Positions 58,627 through 64,000 of a stretch of 64,000 bases of DNA are shown here, piece after piece. The DNA comes from Eledone cirrhosa (Eukaryota). Location of the stretch: assembly GCA_964016885.1 (NCBI GenBank), contig OZ024741.1:104842001-104906000 (forward strand), read 5' to 3'. Below the pieces are notes generated by a model. It searched no databases. It was not told the origin of the DNA and saw only the letters and a program-made list of their open reading frames with translations. Each line of letters begins with the position of its first letter. The first letter of the stretch is position 1. Both the position numbers and the translations under genes were made by a program.

Positions 58627-58726
58627 TCTCTCTCTCTTTGACTCTATAAATGTCTTTGTCTTGCTGTCTTTCTATCTAACACACACACACACGTGCGTGC
58701 ACGCGCATACACTCTCTCCCGCTCTG

Positions 58727-58800
<74 letters not shown>

Positions 58801-58979
58801 AAGATGGTCAGTGAGTACATACATCTGATGAGCAGATCAATACTGGAGTAAGGTCTATCGCATCGATATAGAAATGGAACCAATCATATGCAATAAAAAC
58901 ATTTTAAAGTGAAACTTCGTTATCCCAAACACACGCACACACAAACACACTTACCTCCACCGACATCCACCAGCTCCTA

Positions 58980-60069
58980 TCCGTTTGACAACACATATTT
59001 TGACATTCTCGGACACACTTACCGACAGACCTTCGGGCAATCCATGGGGCCAAGCCTATCGTGTGTGCTGGCATTATCGTATATGGACCAATTGGAACGC
59101 AAAGCGCTCAACACCCGCCACCCCCACGCTGCCTTTTTCTCAAGATACGTAGATGATATCCCCATCTTCACGTCTTCCCGGGAGACGGCTAGCGGGATTT
59201 ATTAGGTGTACAATAATACGGATGAGAATATTGAATTCAGCATGGAGCAGCCCACCAACAACGGGTCTCTTGCCCTCCTTGACTTCCGACTAAACATCAG
59301 GGAACACAAAGTGGTCAACACAGACTTCTACTGCAAGGAGACCTGCAAGAACCTGTTCGTACACTTCAAGTCTGCCCTTCCTAAAAACGCTAAGAGAGGA
59401 TACATCACAAACGAGGTTACGCAGATAAGAGATATATAAACTGAGTCGATGAGTGGTGTCACCCACACCAAGCAGTTCCATAGGGTGTTGGAAGTCAACG
59501 GCTATCCAACATCCTTCACCAATGGAATAAGGAACCCCAGACACAGGAGGCACAGAAATCTGACTGACAACTGCTTCCTCGGGATCTCGCACATCAGCGA
59601 AAGAATTACCAGTGCTATCCGCAGGACTATACGAAGGGGGGGGGTTACGACAACCAATTGACCAACTCGAGACCCTCCCTACAGAGATGCATCTCCAAGA
59701 AGCAACATAAAGCGGATAGTAAGTGCTCCCTCAGCAATTTCCCGGTACGCCACACACAACTGTTGCTTGCGCACCAACGTCGTTTATAAGATCGAATGTA
59801 ACAAGTGCAAATATTTTTACATAAGCAGCACCATTCGGCTGCTGCACATATGAATCAAGGAGCACGTCAACACTAGAGCCTCGTCCTTTCGGAAACACAT
59901 TACCAAATGCGGAAACAAGGACGGGAGACGCACTGTTACAGTGCTAGCGACAGAGCGCAACATTGGAACTCTAAGGATCAACGAAGCACTTTGGATAAAA
60001 TGACTAGAACCGCCAATCAACAACAGATCCGAAAGGAGCAAAACGTGGTGGCTGGTTAAACCCGAACGA

Positions 60070-60134
<65 letters not shown>

Positions 60135-60142
60135 ACAACAAC

Positions 60143-60197
<55 letters not shown>

Positions 60198-60500
60198 GCA
60201 ACAGCAGCAGCAGCAGACGAGCAAATGAATGTTATTGTACATTTCGCCCGCCTATAGATATACAAACAAACAGACGGACAGGCTCTGCCTGCGCTTTAGT
60301 GGCGTCTACTAAGTTTAACGACCCCTGAATGACCACGCCAGTTTCGTGTGCGCGTGCCCCATAGGGAATATTTTTTGGCTTATTTCAAACGACGTAGATT
60401 TTCTTCCGATAATTCTCTAATTTTCCTTCGGAACCCCCTACGATGAATGTGAAATCCGAAATATAGGGACGAATAAATCTATTCTAAGGTAACTTCATCT
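58980..60500 (+). mobile_element. Degraded 5'-truncated Penelope/Poseidon-type PLE with decayed 3' hammerhead (60435-60468) and AATAAA
   Basis: YRQTFGQSMGPSLS, SRYVDD, LLDF, NVVYKIECNKC..YI..T.R..IKEH; CCC CT-ACGA T GAAT GTGAA ATCC GAAA TA TA GGG. Confidence 0.85.
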
Positions 60501-60601
60501 CTGGTTTTCATTTCTTTTCATTTCGTTTTACATTTTTTTTAAATATTTCTCTTCCTCCCCTACCCTCTTTCTTCGTACTGCCACCTGATTTTGTTACCCG
60601 T

Positions 60602-60641
<40 letters not shown>

Positions 60642-61230
60642 GGGGGGGGGCGTGTGTGTGTAGTAATCACTAACGGGAACATTCACAAAGAGTATTAAAT
60701 AAATTAATAGTGATTTATAAGGATGGAAGGTAACAGCTAACATCACTGGACGAAATATTGCCGTGATTTATAGATGTAATGGTTATTCAATAATAGTTAT
60801 AATAATTCAATTTAACACAGATGCAAATAACGAAGATTGCATTCAAAATTCCCTATACAGAGATTTTTATCTCATAATGTCTTAATTATGTGTTCTTTGT
60901 GAATATTTGTGAGAGCTTGTCGTTATCTATTATCAACCCAATTGTACAGTTTTGTCAGCCATTTAACTAGTATTATTCATGTTAAGTCTTGGACGTATGA
61001 ACACGACAGTCGTGCAGCAATTCTTCTGTAGCTTTAGCTGCTTAGCTTGCTACATTCTTCTTCTATTGTCTATTTGTATACTCGAGCCGTGTACGGTACG
61101 GTGTAAATATGCAAATTCATACACGTACCTACAAGTATCTACACGTGCACATTAAAGCAATAAAACACATATGCACATAACATACACACAAATGCATTCA
61201 GACATCAATTAATGCCTGCTTATTTCTCTC

Positions 61231-61380
<150 letters not shown>

Positions 61381-61440
61381 TTATGTTTGTATGAATAGAA
61401 TACTCAATACACCCGATTCGGATTTTTGATGTGATACTTG

Positions 61441-61510
<70 letters not shown>

Positions 61511-61794
61511 CATGTGTGCGTGTGTGTGTATATATATATATATACACACACACAATATATATTGACCGACGTTCATAAGGAATGATTAAGTTCATACTAT
61601 AACATAATTATGTTACATGAATTGAAGTTAACGAATATTCGATATGGCTTCACTTGTAAGTTGATATGGAAGCTTGTGAGCTAATATCCAGCCTCCGAAA
61701 TATCAATACACAGTCCAGAAACTACTCCGACACACACGCACACACACGCACACACACACAGATACACACGCACACACACATACACACACACCTA

Positions 61795-61894
<100 letters not shown>

Positions 61895-62014
61895 AAGAGG
61901 GAAGTGGGAGAGAGATAGAACCTTCTTTTCGTGTTTAATAATAACATATATTCATCTCTCTCTCTCTCACTCTCTCTCTCTCATTATATATATATCTATA
62001 TATATATTTAAAAG

Positions 62015-62191
62015 AGTGGTGGGTTGGTAGTATCGGTAGAGAGTCGGACACCATGCATTGCAGCATAGTTACGGTCTGAGTTCAAAACGTGCCGAGGTTA
62101 ACTTTGCCTTTCATCCTTAGGTGTTTGATAAAATAAAGCACCAGTAATGCGTTGGGATAATTACTGGCCTTGTGCCAAAAGTAGAAACAAT
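62015..62191 (+). mobile_element. Nin-domain SINE
   Basis: Homologous to 21427-21618. Confidence 0.85.
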
Positions 62192-62211
62192 TATATATAT
62201 ATGCGTGTGTG

Positions 62212-62249
<38 letters not shown>

Positions 62250-62282
62250 GGGAAGTGAGGTTCTACACAAAACAGTGGGTAT

Positions 62283-63108
62283 AGAGAAACGTTGAAGTTG
62301 GAAATAAAACGGAAGATATGTTTTAGGGTCTGTTTTTCTTTTTTGATTCGTCAAAGTGACATTATTGAAAAGATAGTGTTATTAAAAAAGAGTGACAATT
62401 CTCTTTTGAAAATTTTTTTATGAAGAATATAAAGGGTATGAAAAAATTACCGGTTTCGATGTATTAAAACCCATCTTGTCAAATTCAGTGAAAAAAGTTA
62501 ATTAAAAAGGGAGTAAAAAAAAGGGTTTAAAATTAAAATTAAAATCAAAAACGAATGTTTGAGCAAAATTTCTTCCAGCATGCTTTCTGAAAAGTTGGCA
62601 TAGAACGAGGCCAAGTTGTTTTGTTTAATCTAGTGGCCAATAGTTCAAAAGCGGGTGGGGGTTTGTAGGAGCTGACTACTGTGGTAGGTTGGGATGTGTA
62701 CATACCCACACACACACTGGAGAGAGAAGAACTTGTTCTTAAGTCCCCTCTACAAAAGTAACTTTAACAGACAAACTGTAAAAACACACACACACAACAA
62801 CCCACACATATATACGCACATATTTGTGCATACATATACGTACACACTCACATGTGTGTACTCTTGTGTGTGTGTGGGGGGGGTATATATTAACTTTTTT
62901 CACTGAATTTGACAAGATGGATTTTAATACATCGAAACCGGTAATTTTTTCATACCCTTTATATACTTCATAAAAAAGTTTTCAAAAAAGAATTGTCCCT
63001 CTTTTTTTAATAACACTATCTTTTCAATAATGTCACTTTGACGAATCAAAAAAGAAAAACAGACCCTTAAACATATTTTCCGTGCTATTTCCAACTTCAT
63101 CTTTTCTC
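62283..63108. mobile_element. Fold-back element (arms ~62283-62502 / 62890-63108) with U3-A8 hammerheads at 62445-62485(-) and 62906-62946(+)
   Basis: AAT TTGACAA GATG..CATC GAAA CCGG TA ATT in both arms. Confidence 0.78.
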
Positions 63109-63249
63109 TCTCTCTCTCTCTCTATATATATATGGTTAATTGGTGCGTCTTGTTACTCTGGAGTTTCACCAGTGTACTCACATACTCGGTAAAATGTTCA
63201 GTTACTTTCTTGGTAATTTAATAAGCAGGCTGTTCCGATGATCAAACAA

Positions 63250-63410
63250 GCATGGGCGTGTGATTAAGCAAATCCTTTCGTAACCGGATTGTTTTAGGTT
63301 CAGTCCCGCTGCACATAACCTTTTGAATGTATTGTCTACTATAGCCTGAGGTTGACCAAAGCTTTTTGTAGCAGAATTTGGTAGACGGTTACTGAAGAAT
63401 TCTGTGGTAA
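63250..63410 (+). mobile_element. tRNA-derived SINE (second family)
   Basis: ggttcagtcccgctgc..tctactatagcctgaggttgaccaaagc..ttggtagacgg. Confidence 0.75.
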
Positions 63411-64000
63411 TATATATATCTATATATATAAAGGGAAGATGGACATTGTTTAGTGTACCGAACTTGCATGCTACACCGTTCATCCAATTTTCATGAAACC
63501 TCACACATATATAAAACTCAACGCGTAGAGTGGAATAGGCTACTTGAAACTTTCGTAAAAACGATAATCGGGCCCTATGACAGAATGTTTTTCGATTCCA
63601 ATGAAATTTTATGTGAATTCGAACACAAGAACTCTTAGTTTACATCTGGCGCAATAAAAATAAATTTCATATGCCCATATAAGGACGTGCGTTATTGATT
63701 GGACGGCCAGCTGCATGTCTTCCCAGCTGTCTCAGTAAACTACCGACCATTAAAGAGTTTATCTTTTCATATTCCACCTTATTCAAGTGGAAATACAGTA
63801 TTATCCCTATCTGAAAAGGGAACCAAATTTAATGATGTCTTTTGTGAACCTAAAAGCTGTGAGTAAATTTTCAAACAGTCTTAAATAATCATGCTTTTTG
63901 AAAAAAAAATTACTAAATAATGCGTTGACCAAGTTGTGTTGTACACATACAAAACAAGTAAAAAAATTTACGTCGTACCAATGTTTTCCTTTTTTAAACA

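Noticed and set aside
58825-58862. CTGATGA-GCAG..CTG hammerhead-like start
   Set aside because: No GAAA and no stem I/III pairing; likewise the half motifs at ~6766, 30310 and 52731 were not counted

Overview
This is an AT-rich, microsatellite-saturated animal genomic window. It is most likely an octopus or other coleoid cephalopod, inferred from the SINE families present. No host gene is recognisable, and nearly all short ORFs in the track are microsatellite translations. The window is a stack of transposons. Penelope-like elements (PLEs) of three clades are present: Neptune 15.4-19.1 kb; Naiad 8.7-9.5, 23.1-24.4 and 35.0-37.4 kb; Penelope/Poseidon 59.0-60.5 kb. An R4/Dong-type RLE retrotransposon (38.6-43.6 kb) is interrupted by a deleted LTR element. 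A near full-length Tx1/L1-type LINE (44.1-50.0 kb) sits in (TTA)n. Helitrons, an RTE fragment and tRNA-derived SINEs fill the rest. Three signals are not visible in the ORF track. (1) About 25 type I hammerhead-ribozyme motifs from more than 10 families sit in short PLE-pLTR-like, often fold-back, elements embedded in (TA)n; several families share a compensatory U3-A8 core and palindromic stem III. (2) One SINE copy carries a strand-coordinated T>C cluster resembling a DNA-fixed ADAR A-to-I hyper-edit. (3) One Naiad zinc finger has TGA at a conserved Cys position. All structures and alignments were read by eye, and coordinates are approximate.
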